From Eremomyces bilateralis CBS 781.70 (Eukaryota), in the NCBI GenBank assembly GCA_010015585.1, contig ML975149.1: a stretch of DNA of 64,000 nt, one strand, 5' to 3'. Under the pieces are notes generated by a model. It did no database searches. It saw only the letters and a program-made list of their open reading frames with translations, and was not told the origin of the DNA. Position numbers and translations under genes: made by a program. The first letter of the stretch is position 1. Every line of letters starts with the position of its first letter. Positions 13,617 through 25,780 of this stretch are shown here, piece by piece.

Positions 13617-14480
13617 TCACAAGAGATGAGAGGTGGAGGGATTGAAAATCAATAGGAATTCACAAATAATAGTCAAATCAGTGAGCATAAACCCTAATCC
13701 CAGTCGCCTATAACCTAAATTAATCCAATGGGAGTATCTATACTTCTCCATCCTAAATCCATTACGATCCATCATAATTGATGCGTGGTTTGTTTCATTG
13801 ATTGGTAACTTCTCGCTTCCGCCTCCTAAATATCCTTCCCAGTCTCGAACTGCAGCAGTAACAAGCCACCAGAAGCCCGCCACACCACCGAGGACCGAAG
13901 CGATAATGATAGTCTTGATGATCTTCTTATGTGTCAGGCCATGGCTTTTGCCAGCGCTCGAGGCACGTTGCGTGGACGTGATAGTTGAAGTTGATGTCGC
14001 GGGAAGCGGGGGCTGGGTCACTCGCTCGCTGTTTATGAACTCGGTGACCGCCGTTTCGCTTGCATCCCGCCCGACTAATACGCCATTTGCCGTGATGCGG
14101 AATCCTGCACCAAATCTCGACTCCTGCCTGGAAGTGAGTGTTAAGACGGAGGGAACACTAGTCGGTCAACCAGATCGAAAAGGTCAACGTTCGACATCAT
14201 TCTGATAGATTTATAGCACGATGGATATCGGTAGTCCGCATACATGACCGCGGTACTACCTCTGGTCAGCCGTGTGGATGCCGTCGACACGGTATAACCG
14301 GACGGGCAGCGGAGGAAATTGTTGCGCTCGCTGCGATACTGTTGAAGTCGCCGCCGGAGTAGCGGTACCCAGGGTTGCTGTGGGTGCGACACCGTGATCT
14401 GTCCTCGTCGTGGGTGCTTGTACTATTGATCCCGAATAGCATGAATTGTCCTTTCCAAGAACCGGGTACTAAACAATGAA
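13617..14480 (-). pseudogene. Degraded single-pass membrane protein (Ser/Thr stalk + TM)
   Basis: Fragments CPSGYT and TSTSTITST..GLTHKKIIKTIIIASVLGGVAGFWWLV lie in different frames. Confidence 0.4.
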
Positions 14481-15010
14481 GAAGTTCCTATATTCCCCGA
14501 CACTGTCGATGCTCGGTGAACAAGTAAGTACTGGACTTCGCGAATACGTCGCGTCGACATCGGGACTAGAGAGGTGAGGGAGAAGTGTACGTCATTAGCG
14601 ACTCAAGAGTGACCTATGCGAAGACTTGAGATGTTAATTAGTCGTGCGGCCCATTCGAATTTTTGAGATAAAGTTGATCTTGCGCCTCCAGCGCAAGGAT
14701 AAACTCCTTCTTAGATATTGGATGCAATGGAGAATTCTTACTACGTATTCATCCCTTATTGAAAGGTTGAGTTGTTGAGGCTTTTACGGTCGGTAGGCCA
14801 ACTGCAGAGGGCCGCGGAACTGATGAAGAGGATGTGGAGGCGCAGCAAGGTCCATCACCAGTCCCCCACATTCCTAGCCATCCAGAATCCAGTGCTTCGA
14901 GGATATTTATATTGTTATTTGCTGTGTAACACAATGCGTTGTCGGTTGTCTGTGTAGTGAACGGGTGATAGGGACGGGGGGATCACATCTCGCCCGTCCT
15001 CATCTATTAC

Positions 15011-17055
15011 TGTTGACCGTCATGAGCGTCGACGTGTGCTTCAGTCCAAGTACCTCCTCCTTTCCTTGCAGCGCTCGCATGTACATCTTCTCTGCCTCCT
15101 CCAGCTTGCCCTGATTGGCGTAGAGCAAGCCCAGGTTGTGAAATGCCCATTCAATGCCATTCTGTGAAATGCCGCATTTTGATATTATAGATAAACACCT
15201 TGCTACATGCTGGAGGAGGAGTCGTTGCTGTATAACCCACCATTCATTTATATTATTTCCCGGAACGTGTAATCCGATAAACCTTAGAGCTAGCCTCACC
15301 ATGTCCTGATTCCATTCTGGATTTAGTAATTTAGTACATGCATAGTCCATGAGTGTACACAACTATGCATTCTGCACCCTCCCGACTCCACTGAATCCCG
15401 TGAGAACGAGTTTGCTTCCACCAGTCCGTGGTTACACAACACTCGAACCGCTGCATCGAAGTTTGTTCGTTCTTCAGTGAGTTTTTGGATCCATTCTGGA
15501 TCACTTGAATCGTCGTGACAGAGAAGCTCGAACCAGAGGTCCTGGTTGTCAAAATACGCCCACAGCTGAAGGATCTGAGCCGAAAGTCGGTTCTGTTGTT
15601 CCACATGCTTGTATGAGATATCCCATGTGGTGTAGAGCATTCGATCTTCGTACGAGTTTAGTTTAGGACTATTCTCTTTTAGTTTCAACCATGATTCTTC
15701 ATATAGATGAAGGTACTCAGCCAAACCGGTCATCACTTGATCAAGATATGCTCCGGCGGTCGCAAGTGCAAGAGGAAGTCCGTCTAATTCTTTGACGAGC
15801 TTGATAGCATCGGGATCTGTCGTCCTAGTTAGTATCCTCTCCATAGGGTCAAAAATTACCTTACCATTGTTCAATCCTTCGCCTCTTGACGCGTTCCACA
15901 GGATCTTAAGGCAATCCTGCACATTCTACAGCTTTTGGACTGGGATGCCATGGCCAATTTTGACATGCGACGACCGCGTGGTGATGATTATTGATCCTTG
16001 ATAAGATTCCGGGGAGTACTTCTTAATGTCCAATGCCGTAGGATCCGTGTTACCTAGTACCTTTGGGTTGTCGTAGTTGTCGTATATGATCCGCCATCTT
16101 CCGTTATTTCGAAGACTCAGCCACTCCTTGACGGCACCCACCAAGCTTCCATTAAAATCCACGTGCTAAGACGCTGAGCAGACGGATGCTCTTGCCGTAT
16201 CCTCCGGGCGACTTTCGCAAAGTTTTGCTTCAGAGAGTCCCCATCTTTGGTGTTCAGCCATAAGATCGCTGAGTAGCTATCTCTGTATCGCTTTGTGTAC
16301 GCCACTGTCAATTGAGTTTTACCGATTCCCCAAGACCATGAAGAACAGCAACACAACGGCTGCCATCGCCTCTGAGCGCCTTGCGTATCTCCATAAGCTC
16401 TCTTTCTCTTGCAACGAAGTGCTCAGTTTCAGCAACATCGAAAAGGCTGAAAGGTATCGTGAAGTCTTCAAAGTGACGACCTATTCTGGTCAGCATTCTC
16501 CTGACTTCATAACGGAGAACGCCTTACGATTCGATGTATTTTCGATCTCAGTATGAAGCCGTCGAAACACATTATCTCTCCCTTCTCCATAGATCGGTGG
16601 CATAGTTGTTAATTTAAATACTTTTGTTTCCCTTGGGAGATATTAAGTGAAGTGTTACTAAGTGCTACTGAACCTGTTTGGTACAGATCAAAATATCCCC
16701 GTTGTCTAGAGCCAAACCCTCACAAACGGGGTCCTGATCTGGCCTAGGATATGAAATCAAAGGCCGCAGATTTCTGAGGTTCTTTGATGCATAGATCGAC
16801 CGAAATAGATGCAGCAGGTATCCACTCAAAAGTGCTCCAACCCATCAGGAGCAGCTTGCTCTCCGCAAAATTCAATCTTCTTATAGCCGGCCTTGTTCTT
16901 TCCCGTCCCGTTGATGAATTCTTCAAGCGTCACCTCCTCGCCATGCTTCCATGTATGTGAGAGTATGGCATACTTCTTCAGAACATCGTCGGTAGCCAAA
17001 TCTTCCGTCAGACTGAGATGGCCGTACGGTAGCTGTCGCGCTTCAAGAAACGCAT
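15011..17055 (-). pseudogene. HET-NB-ARC-TPR fungal NLR pseudogene
   Basis: HET N-terminus YAILSHTW..GYKKIEFC..F*VDTCCI; HET end MPPIYGEG; P-loop LHGLG/GIGKTQL (frameshifted); IIYDNYD, IIITTRS, LDGLPLALATAG; TPR NLGLLYANQGKLEEAEKMYMRALQG, truncated at about 15011. Confidence 0.92.
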
Positions 17056-17592
17056 TGCTCTTGCTCGTACCTGTTAACGCCCCAGGAAGCCAGGATTCCG
17101 ACAGTACTAGGCATCGCTTTTTGTTGGAGAATAGATGAATCATAAAGATATGTCGGTATAGACTTGAAAGTGCGAAAAAGGCTTCAGCCTCATTGTTGAA
17201 TGTGCAGACTGTGGCTGTGTTTATACCATATCGAGGCTGATGGGCCCCTCCTCGACACCTCCTTTCTCCTCGCGATATTTTCTGACAGTCACTGTCATCG
17301 GCGTTTAGCGATGATAGTCCTCCGCATTCCGTAGTTGATACGATATCTCAACACCATCGTAAGTTGTCAAGGTTTCCAACTATAACTATCCCTAACTTAC
17401 TTTTGTAGCCCATTGTAACCTTCAAGTGCCTGGCGATGCGCCTTTCGAACCGAAATCCTCACCTGGAAAAGGATGGGGCGTCTTTGCCACTAGATAAATT
17501 AACCAAGGAGCCATAATCTTGAGAGAAAAGTCACTTTTCGTCGTCCGAACACCGCACGAACGGATCGTAGAAGATGGAGGGCATTTCAACCT

Positions 17593-18100
17593 TTGACACC
17601 CAACTCGAAACCACAATTCCTGCAGCTCTGCGACAATGCTCGTGCACCCTTCACGCATATGACAGCAGGCTTTGACGAGAACTCCTTCGTCATTTCAAAT
17701 GGGCCGCAGGTCAACAGATCTCCAGGACATGGCCTATTCCTCCTTCTCTCGCGCTTCAACCGCTCTTGTGTGCCAAACTCCAAGATTATAATTACCGATG
17801 GTGAAAACAGTGCAAGTTTGCGACTTAAGGACATCATCAGTAGCGAAGAGATCACTTTATATGATAATACAGATTTTAAAGGCAGGAATAGAGACGAGCG
17901 CCATCACGCGCTGCGTTTCATATGCGATTACAAAGCGTGTCCGTCAGGCACTCATTTCCAACAAGTCAGTGATATGCGACGGCCATTCCTTCGAGGCTAC
18001 AGTACTTTACGCTTTGATGTAGATTTGAACGGAGAGAAACAGGATTGTCCCTCACCGATTATCATCGACTCTCAATTGAATAGCCATAAAGTACCAAGCA
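17593..18100 (+). pseudogene. Degenerate SET-domain protein
   Basis: SRFNRSCVPNS (canonical RFNHSC.PN), DI.SSEEITLYD (GEEIT.SY), LRFICDYKAC (post-SET FxCxCxxC with a Cys lost); no clear ATG-initiated 5' end. Confidence 0.65.
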
Positions 18101-18949
18101 AAAAATTAAATGAAGATCAAAATGAAGTACCGGTATGGAATCATATTGACAACGGGAATATAAAAAAATAGAAAACGAGGGATAAAAAGAGCCGGTAGTC
18201 GAGCCTAGGTCGACAGTCAGATAGCGCCTGAACCGCAGCGACAACCAAAGCTGAAGACGACTCAATGCCTGCCCTGGTGGTTGTTCACGGGAGAGGCGGC
18301 ATGGGTGGGTATTACTTAGGTATTGACGGTTTTCCCGGTCTGAGGAATAAAGCTACGGGCTATAACTAATTATATTTTAAAGTATGAAGGTGAAGGGTGA
18401 ATCGAGTATTCACTTCGGGCCAGGTCAGGAGATTATACTAGTGCCTTAGGCAGGGACCGATGCGTCATTCCATGTCGGAGGCTCCATGTCATTAAGAATG
18501 CTAGGAACACGAGTTCAACTAAACGAAGCATCTGCATCAATTGATATTACAACTACTTCACCTTACAGACTACAACATGATCATGCCTCTGCATTCCTAA
18601 CTAGGGATGGGATTCAATTCAACATAGGTATTGTAGGAGGACAGGGATCACCGGCAAAGAAGCGCTGGGTTGAGGGCGGGGATTGATTACCACAGTATCT
18701 CCAAGACGTCTTTAGCGCCACTCTCCACTGCTCATCAGTCATTAAAGGAGCGTTCATCCAGTCACGTATTCAACCACGTCCTCATCAATATGTCCAACGT
18801 CCAACGACCGGAACCGAAAGATTAATTACAGAAACCCGGAAGCATGAACTAGGCTCCTCAACGGACGACAGACAGCGCGTTCCATGCGTTTTGACGACGC
18901 CCCCTCGCTGCCCACAACAAATCGCTCGCCAAAAGATACGAGACTAAGC

Positions 18950-19539
18950 TTAAGTGCTGATGCCGAACAGGCTTCCGAGCAGGACGGAGATGAATTGGGC
19001 GATGCCAGAGATGAGCTGGGAGAGAAATGTTAGCCATTGCGGAGGGATTGCTGAGTTTCAAGAAATAGACTTACCGGTGCCAATGTCGTGACGAGATCCT
19101 TGATGGTATTGATGAAGTCCGGAGTGAGGATCGAACCAAGGGCGTCAGCCAGCGACTGCATAACCTCCGGAGTGATGATATTAACAAGAGGGCCGAGCAG
19201 ATTGCTGATAGTGCCGATCAAGTCAACGATCTGCTTAGGCGTGGGATCCGCAAGGAGGATGGCCGCGCCGTCGATGACAACAGCGAGCTTGTCAATGGTT
19301 TCAGCATTGAGGAGCTTCCCAAGGGAGCCAAGGATGCCGGTCAGGTTGCCCAGGACGCCGCCGAGATCGAGTTGGCGGGTATCGAGCTGATTCATCTGGT
19401 TCATGAGCTCAGCGGGGATGGGGAGGGCGTAGGGAAGGGCGGCGGGTTGAGGAGCGGCAGCGGGCTCCGCGGCGGGGATGGCGGCGACGAAGGTGGGGAG
19501 GGCAAAGGCCGCGAAGGCGAAGAGCTTGGTGAAATGCAT
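18950..19539 (-). CDS. Small secreted Cys-free Leu-rich amphipathic protein, 2 exons
   Basis: Signal MHFTKLFAFAAFALPTFVAA, AP-rich propeptide ending DTR|Q; intron 19016-19074; last exon LISGIAQFISVLLGSLFGIST*. Confidence 0.85.
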
Positions 19540-21394
19540 CTTGATATGTAGGGGTGGTGCAACGGTGAACGCTTGCGTTGGAGTGTTTTGGAAAGGGTGG
19601 GTAAGAGGACTGACTGGCAGACAGTGAGCGATTGATATCAAGATACAAAAGCTTTCGAAAGGTGCTCGAGATAGATTGGATGGTTCAAGAGATGGGGAGT
19701 GACATTGGAAGAAACCGTTTCAGCAGTCTTATATGGCAGACATAAGAGCTTTCTCATGGTAACAGCTGCCTCCGGCTAGAGATGCCATTCGGCACGGCAT
19801 AGGACGCATTCCGGTTCCTGGAGGTACCGCACGGTGGGCGTTTTTGGGCATTTTCATGTGCTTTGCGCCTTTGCCGTCATCGAGATCGTTCAGTCTGATG
19901 GCTTAAACGGGCTTGGAGTCCTGAATTCTCCATCCAGCATAGCTCCACTTCCTCCTCACTGGTGGGAGGGGACGCACGGTTTGGGGCAAATCAAGCAAAC
20001 CAACCCCATGGGGAGAACCCATGTGCTCAGGTGCCCTAACTGGCAGCCAATTCAAGGAAGGATAGTTGACGGGCGGGGTAAAAGCACGGGGAACAGGGTA
20101 AGCGAAAGCACTTTCATTTGTCAATGGGTCTGTGATCTGGACAGGAGCTGCTTGATATCGGATATTCAAGCTTTAGGTGAGGTTGTTTGGTAGAGCGGGT
20201 CAGTATGGACCATCTCCAATTCACCGTGCAGCTGATGCATGTCGAACCAGGAACGCGCCAGGGGTTAGGGTCAGGGGTCAGTGGCCTAAGGCTGCTAGAC
20301 AGGAACGCTAGCAGCGATAGGGGTTCCTTGCATCCCTTGTGTTGTAATGATTCTGATTGGCCCGGATGCTTGGGTACCAGATCTTCCGCGATTTCGGTCA
20401 TGGAGACAGGAGAAGCTCATCTTGAGTTCTTCCCTCTTCATCCATCACTGCAACTCCAACAAGGCTCCAGCCTCCATGGTATTTCCTTCAATCCCTACAT
20501 ACAAGGCTTGATCCAAGCTTATATCCGCATCCAGTTCCAGGATTCAGCCAATGACGTCAAAGCCATTGGTGGGAACTCTGTGACTGTCCTTCATGCTCAT
20601 GAGCCATGCTTACTGCTTTCTCCGGAACGCTGATCTTCCCGCAAAATACCCATGGAAAAATCCGCGATGTATTACGGGCAACTTGGAACCGAGTTCCATA
20701 CGAGATTGCGAGCACGGCATATGACCTAACAGCTTTTCTGTTCATCTGAATGACCAGGAGCCATCCAGATCATCCATGAACGTGTCGATGAACAAGGAAT
20801 CCACCAGCATTGACTGACCACCACCAACTACCTCGTGAGCCAATGGGACCTCGCCGCTCGATCTGCCGTGAACCAGCTTTAAATCCGCAATTGAGGTTCC
20901 CTACGGATTTTGATTTTACTACATGAGCGCCAAAAACTCGCTAATCAGGGGATCGTATTGGATTATTGACTGAGTCTGCATATTCCATCACTTTCACATG
21001 GTTGCCGAATCTCTCGTGAATACCAGACACGGTCCACGGAGCACGGCTTGCCGAGTTTGGAGCTCTCCACAATAGTCCACATGCTTCTCTCCACACTGGG
21101 GGTACCCTAGTCCCTGCAGGCGACCGGGCAACGAGTAACTGGAGCTCTCAAGACTCCAACCCATTCAAAGACAGCTGCTACTTGGGCCATCAGGACGAGA
21201 ATAGAGTCGAATCAGTGACTGTAGGATAATTGAGCATCGAATATTTGGCATTGATCTCATAAATTCACCAAGGCAAGCCCGTATGTGCATTTGTCCAGTA
21301 GCTCTTTTAAGTACATTATCAACATTAACAAACAATGAGCTTCTGCTCGTCGTGACTGCTTCGTGACAACTACAACAACCGCCATACCACTCGT

Positions 21395-22045
21395 CTAGAG
21401 ACCAATGGCCAATCCCAAAATACCAACCATACCAGCAACCCCCGCCGCAAACATCCCATTGCCCATTCCCAGCGCCCCCGTCGGAGCCGGCGCCAACGCA
21501 CTCGACGTACTCTCGGCCCCCGCGCCACCATCCGCACCACTCGCCCCGGCACCGCCTCCCCTCCCGCCAAAGGCCGACGGGATCGCGTTCGCGCCCGACT
21601 CGACAAGGTTGCCGGCGTTGATCTTGCTCTGCATGGCGCCGACGTAGCTCTTGACCTCAGTGGGTAGTTCGTTGAACCAGGACGGCGTGTTGCCGGCCTG
21701 GAACTCGGCGGCGATGGAGGAGCGGCCGGTAGGGTTCATGATCTGGCCGAGGACAGTGGCGGGGATGGCGGTGATGAGAAGCGAGACGAGAGAGGAGGGC
21801 GGTGCGCCGATGTCGAAGACGTTGATCGTAGTGCTGGGGTTGCCGAAGGGGGCGCTTATGGCCGGGTTGAGTTCGCCGAAGGCGGATCTGGGGACGAGTT
21901 AGTTGGGGATGGAAGATGGTGCGGAGAGGTCGTACATTTGTGCGAGGAAGTCGGTCGGGTTGATGGAGGCCGTGGAGGTTTGACTGGGAATCTGCGCGAC
22001 TGCTGCAGCGCCGGCGAGCACGGCGTGGAGGAGGATAGACTTCAT
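21395..22045 (-). CDS. GPI-anchored cell-surface protein, 2 exons
   Basis: Signal MKSILLHAVLAGAAAVA; intron about 21888-21935 removes an in-frame stop; EFQAGNTPSWFNELPTEVKSY; STSSALAPAPT followed by a hydrophobic C-terminal tail. Confidence 0.85.
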
Positions 22046-23559
22046 GATGAACGACTAAAGAGGATACGCTAGACTGCGAAGGAAAACAAATTGACGGTTC
22101 AGATATGTTCGAATGAGTGGACTATCTTGGCGGCGGCGATGTTTTGAAGATGAGCAGACTTGACCCTAAGAACGGAGGAACAATTGACTTGAAGGAACTC
22201 GACATCTAGATAAATCATGATGGTAGGGGTAGTATATTCATGAGGGGTTCCATGTGCACTCTGCCCCTCTACGGCTGCACGGGTGACGGGATAGTGGACT
22301 CTAGTCTCCAATACGGCCTTCCCCAGAGCTCTTCCGTCCATCCCAATGAACGGGCCGTGCACATACTTCCCCGTGGGATACAGGGATAGAATCTCCTATC
22401 CGCAAGCGCCCAGGCAGCTTGTGGGGTGCTTCGGAATCATGAAGGGCAAACTCACCCGAAGGCATTAAGGGCAGGTGAGCAGCCGTCAGGCGACCTATGT
22501 ATCCCGAGCCAGGGACCATGTAGCCCGTTTCCCTGCCAAAAGACTCTGCATGGTGTAGCAATACTTCCTATCCGTGGTATAGAATGACAAAATACCGCCA
22601 AGTGGAGAGGACCATCCAAAAAAAAAACGCCATGACCTAGGGCTTGAAACTGGTCGTCTCTTTAGCAACATCAGACATGTGAACATGTCGCTTACTCTCC
22701 CGGCCACTGCCCCGCTGTAGAGAGCTACAGTATCATGCACGCATGGTGTCCCTAGTTGCACCGGTCAGCGTCAATCCGCCAGCAAGCGTACCCTCGTCAG
22801 CTGTCAAACTCCCCTTAGGGTGGTAGGTAACTGGCTACTTGAAAGTGAAATGGGCGCCATGCAAAGGTGCAGAACTGTAGTCCACAGACAGCAGGGGAGC
22901 GGGCAAAATGACGCGACGTTGAAAAAAGATGGGCTCGGGAGCCCGGATTCGATGGTTCCGAGCGACCGGGCTGGATCTAACTCTCCGCACCTCCACATCT
23001 TCGGTTAGCCCCGTTGTTCTGGCGGCTGGTCCGTCCGCAATCGTGCGTGGCTTGAACATGGGAGCTCGAACGCCCTGGCGTGGCCGGAGCAGGAGCCGTT
23101 GCGCGACTGTTGCGTCCGGTAATAACTGCCTGAAGGCTGAAAGTCGCGGGAACATGTGGGATGGGTGGAGTGGCTGGGATTTGATGTCACTGGTACAGGA
23201 TCGTGTGGGAGGCATGGTTTGGGAGCGGGGAATACAGCGGGCATAAAGGTCAATTAAATTGGAAATCGCCTATTGGTGGCATGGATCCTGACAACGCGTG
23301 CCCACACGTTTCCGCCAGTTCCTTGCCGGCACATGTGAATTGTTGGTCAAAGGTGAAATCGGAGAGGTTAGGAAGTCAAAAATACCATTCTGTTGGTACG
23401 AGGGATATCTTCAAAGCTTGTTGTCGTGGAGATATCATCCTGGTCACGATCTAACCCAATGTCCAAAAGATCGATGCATCCAAACACCATAATCATCATT
23501 CCATACGGAATACACAAAACCACACACCTATATTCCCCCTGCCCATGTCTCATGTCGTC

Positions 23560-24579
23560 CTAAATCACATGGCCCATCTTGGTCAACCGTTTCCTCATAT
23601 CGTTCATGTAGTACTTCTTGGGATACGTTCTGATGAACTTCGGCGTGAGCGGGTAGGTCACTTTCAGCGTCCCGACCATCAGATTGTAGAACGCCCGTCG
23701 AGACTTGGTGTCCTTGAATCCGAACTCCTCCCGGAGTGTCGGGGGCAACATGTACGTCGTGAAAACGCGAAGCAACGGCAGCGGAGCCCGTACCCATAGA
23801 GGAGCTACTTTATTCCACAGAACGTCTTGCGCGACGGCGCGAGCGTGGTCGTTGATCTCGGCCTTCGCGATCTGCTCGTCCCAATACCTCCAGAACGCGG
23901 CGCGGTTCGCCGGCCACAGTTTCTGGGGCACGCGCAGCGACGTGGCCAAGATGGCGTACTGTGTATAGATCTTATCATGCTCCTTCTCGGGGAGCGACCC
24001 GAAGATCTTCGTGTAGAGGTTGATGGCGGTGGCATACAAGGTGGCGGCGACCCAGAGTTGCAGATCCGGATCGTCGGCGCTGTAGTCCCGGCCTCCATCC
24101 TTCCCCTTGACGACGGTGTGAGCCTTGTGGACGAGGTTGATGATGGCCTCTTTTTCAGCCGGAGTGCCGAACGTCATGCAGTAGACGTAGGTCATCGTCG
24201 TCCGCAGGCGGTCGACGGGCCGATAGGCGAAGTTGCTGTGGTTGTTCACGCCAGCGGCGACGGATGGGTGAGCCATTTGAAGGAGAACCGCGACACCGCC
24301 GCCGGAGAGTAGGATGGCTTCCCGGACGATCTTCTTGATCTCCTTTGGTTGGTAGGCGGGATCCAGACCGCCCCATTTCATGGGCTCCGAGTCCTCAGAC
24401 ACCGAGTGGAAGGAGGCGTCGACATGTCCCTGACTCTTTTCTGAGGTCTCGGCCGTGAAGTTTCCATCGTGCTGGTTCACGCCGGGATGGACCTCATCTC
24501 GTGGTGCATCGTATTTCTCATTGAACTCCCCAGTCGCCATCAGGCTGGTGGGGTTCTCCGTCATAGTTTGGGTGGCCAT
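23560..24579 (-). CDS. ER-bound oxygenase MpaB'/rubber-oxygenase-like (DUF2236) protein
   Basis: LLQMAHPSVAAGV..HSNF..RP.DRLRTT, VHKAH, YSADDPDLQLWVAATL. Confidence 0.88.
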   Translation of the reverse strand: MATQTMTENPTSLMATGEFNEKYDAPRDEVHPGVNQHDGNFTAETSEKSQGHVDASFHSVSEDSEPMKWGGLDPAYQPKEIKKIVREAILLSGGGVAVLLQMAHPSVAAGVNNHSNFAYRPVDRLRTTMTYVYCMTFGTPAEKEAIINLVHKAHTVVKGKDGGRDYSADDPDLQLWVAATLYATAINLYTKIFGSLPEKEHDKIYTQYAILATSLRVPQKLWPANRAAFWRYWDEQIAKAEINDHARAVAQDVLWNKVAPLWVRAPLPLLRVFTTYMLPPTLREEFGFKDTKSRRAFYNLMVGTLKVTYPLTPKFIRTYPKKYYMNDMRKRLTKMGHVI

Positions 24580-25780
24580 GATGAATACTTGTGTAAAACT
24601 CAAACAATAAATAAGACACTGGACGAAATAAATGATGGTAATGGCAGACAACTGCTCAAGATATATCCTTTAAACCCCTTCTATTCATTCTAGAGAAGAT
24701 CTGAGATCATAAGGTGGTGGTTCGACATATCCACAGGATGAAACAGCTTCCGGGTGAGGGAAGTCCGCCATCCGACAGCTATGTAAGAACGGAAGTCAAA
24801 CAGCAAAAATCCAGTACTTACTTAGATCAAGGCCTTGTACGGGCAGTCGCCACTCCCACTGCTCGGAAATACGTGCTCCCCCGGCCCGACAATGTGTAAT
24901 TCGCCCCGGAGGATGGAGCAGGCATACTTTATGTGTTCGCTCGGACTCACACGGCATTCCTAGGATGACTCGACATGTGGTCACGAGCTAAGAATTTTGA
25001 GTCAGCTTACAGTTAGTCTAATCCGAAGTCTAGGGAACCTTAGGTTACTGTGGTAAGTAATTACTTAGTAGTTAGTACTTACTATGGCCGTAGAACAAAG
25101 TCTTGTCTATCAAAGTGCACGGACAGTGGGGATTTGTCACAGTACGCGACCACCACTGGGCAGTGAGCACTGACAATGGGCGATCCTCCCGCCCAACCTC
25201 CACAGCATGAAACCATTATCCAACCTTCGAAAGTCGACGATCATGCATCCCCCCGGTCGTTCATTTCTGGGGCGGATGGCGGTACTTACTCCTTCCGACT
25301 CCGCTGATCTCTCGTCACCCATGCCAAGTTGCCAACCCATGCTATCGTCTCGTAAAACGCCTGCTGGATCGCAGAGGCTCTGGCTGCGGGTTGTCACAAG
25401 CCCCGAATTTGCCCAAAATTGGTGGTATCAATGCACAGACCGAGGCGGGGAATCTACCAGCTGCTGGCTGGAGCCCTCCAGATGGGGAAGATGCGTGTGA
25501 CTGAGTGTTTGCAAATCGTCCTGTTTGGACTCTCGGTGCATCCTGGTTCCTGCCCTCGTGAGGTAGGGATATTATTTTTTGACCTGGGGAAATTCGGACT
25601 TGCGGGGAGATCTGGATGGTAGTAATCTATCTATCTCGCCCTTTCCATACGAATTGATATGTAATTGCCGCTACCAAAGGTCAATTCGCGCGCGAGCCCG
25701 ATATCCTTTGAACAGCTTCTTGTCCCGCCAAGTACCTTCCGTTATTTTTTCTAATTTCTCCTGGTTCCGCGAATGCCAAG

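Noticed and set aside
14770..15010. Possible LTR at the truncation point of the NLR pseudogene
   Set aside because: No consistent TG...CA boundaries with a TSD and no second copy in the window
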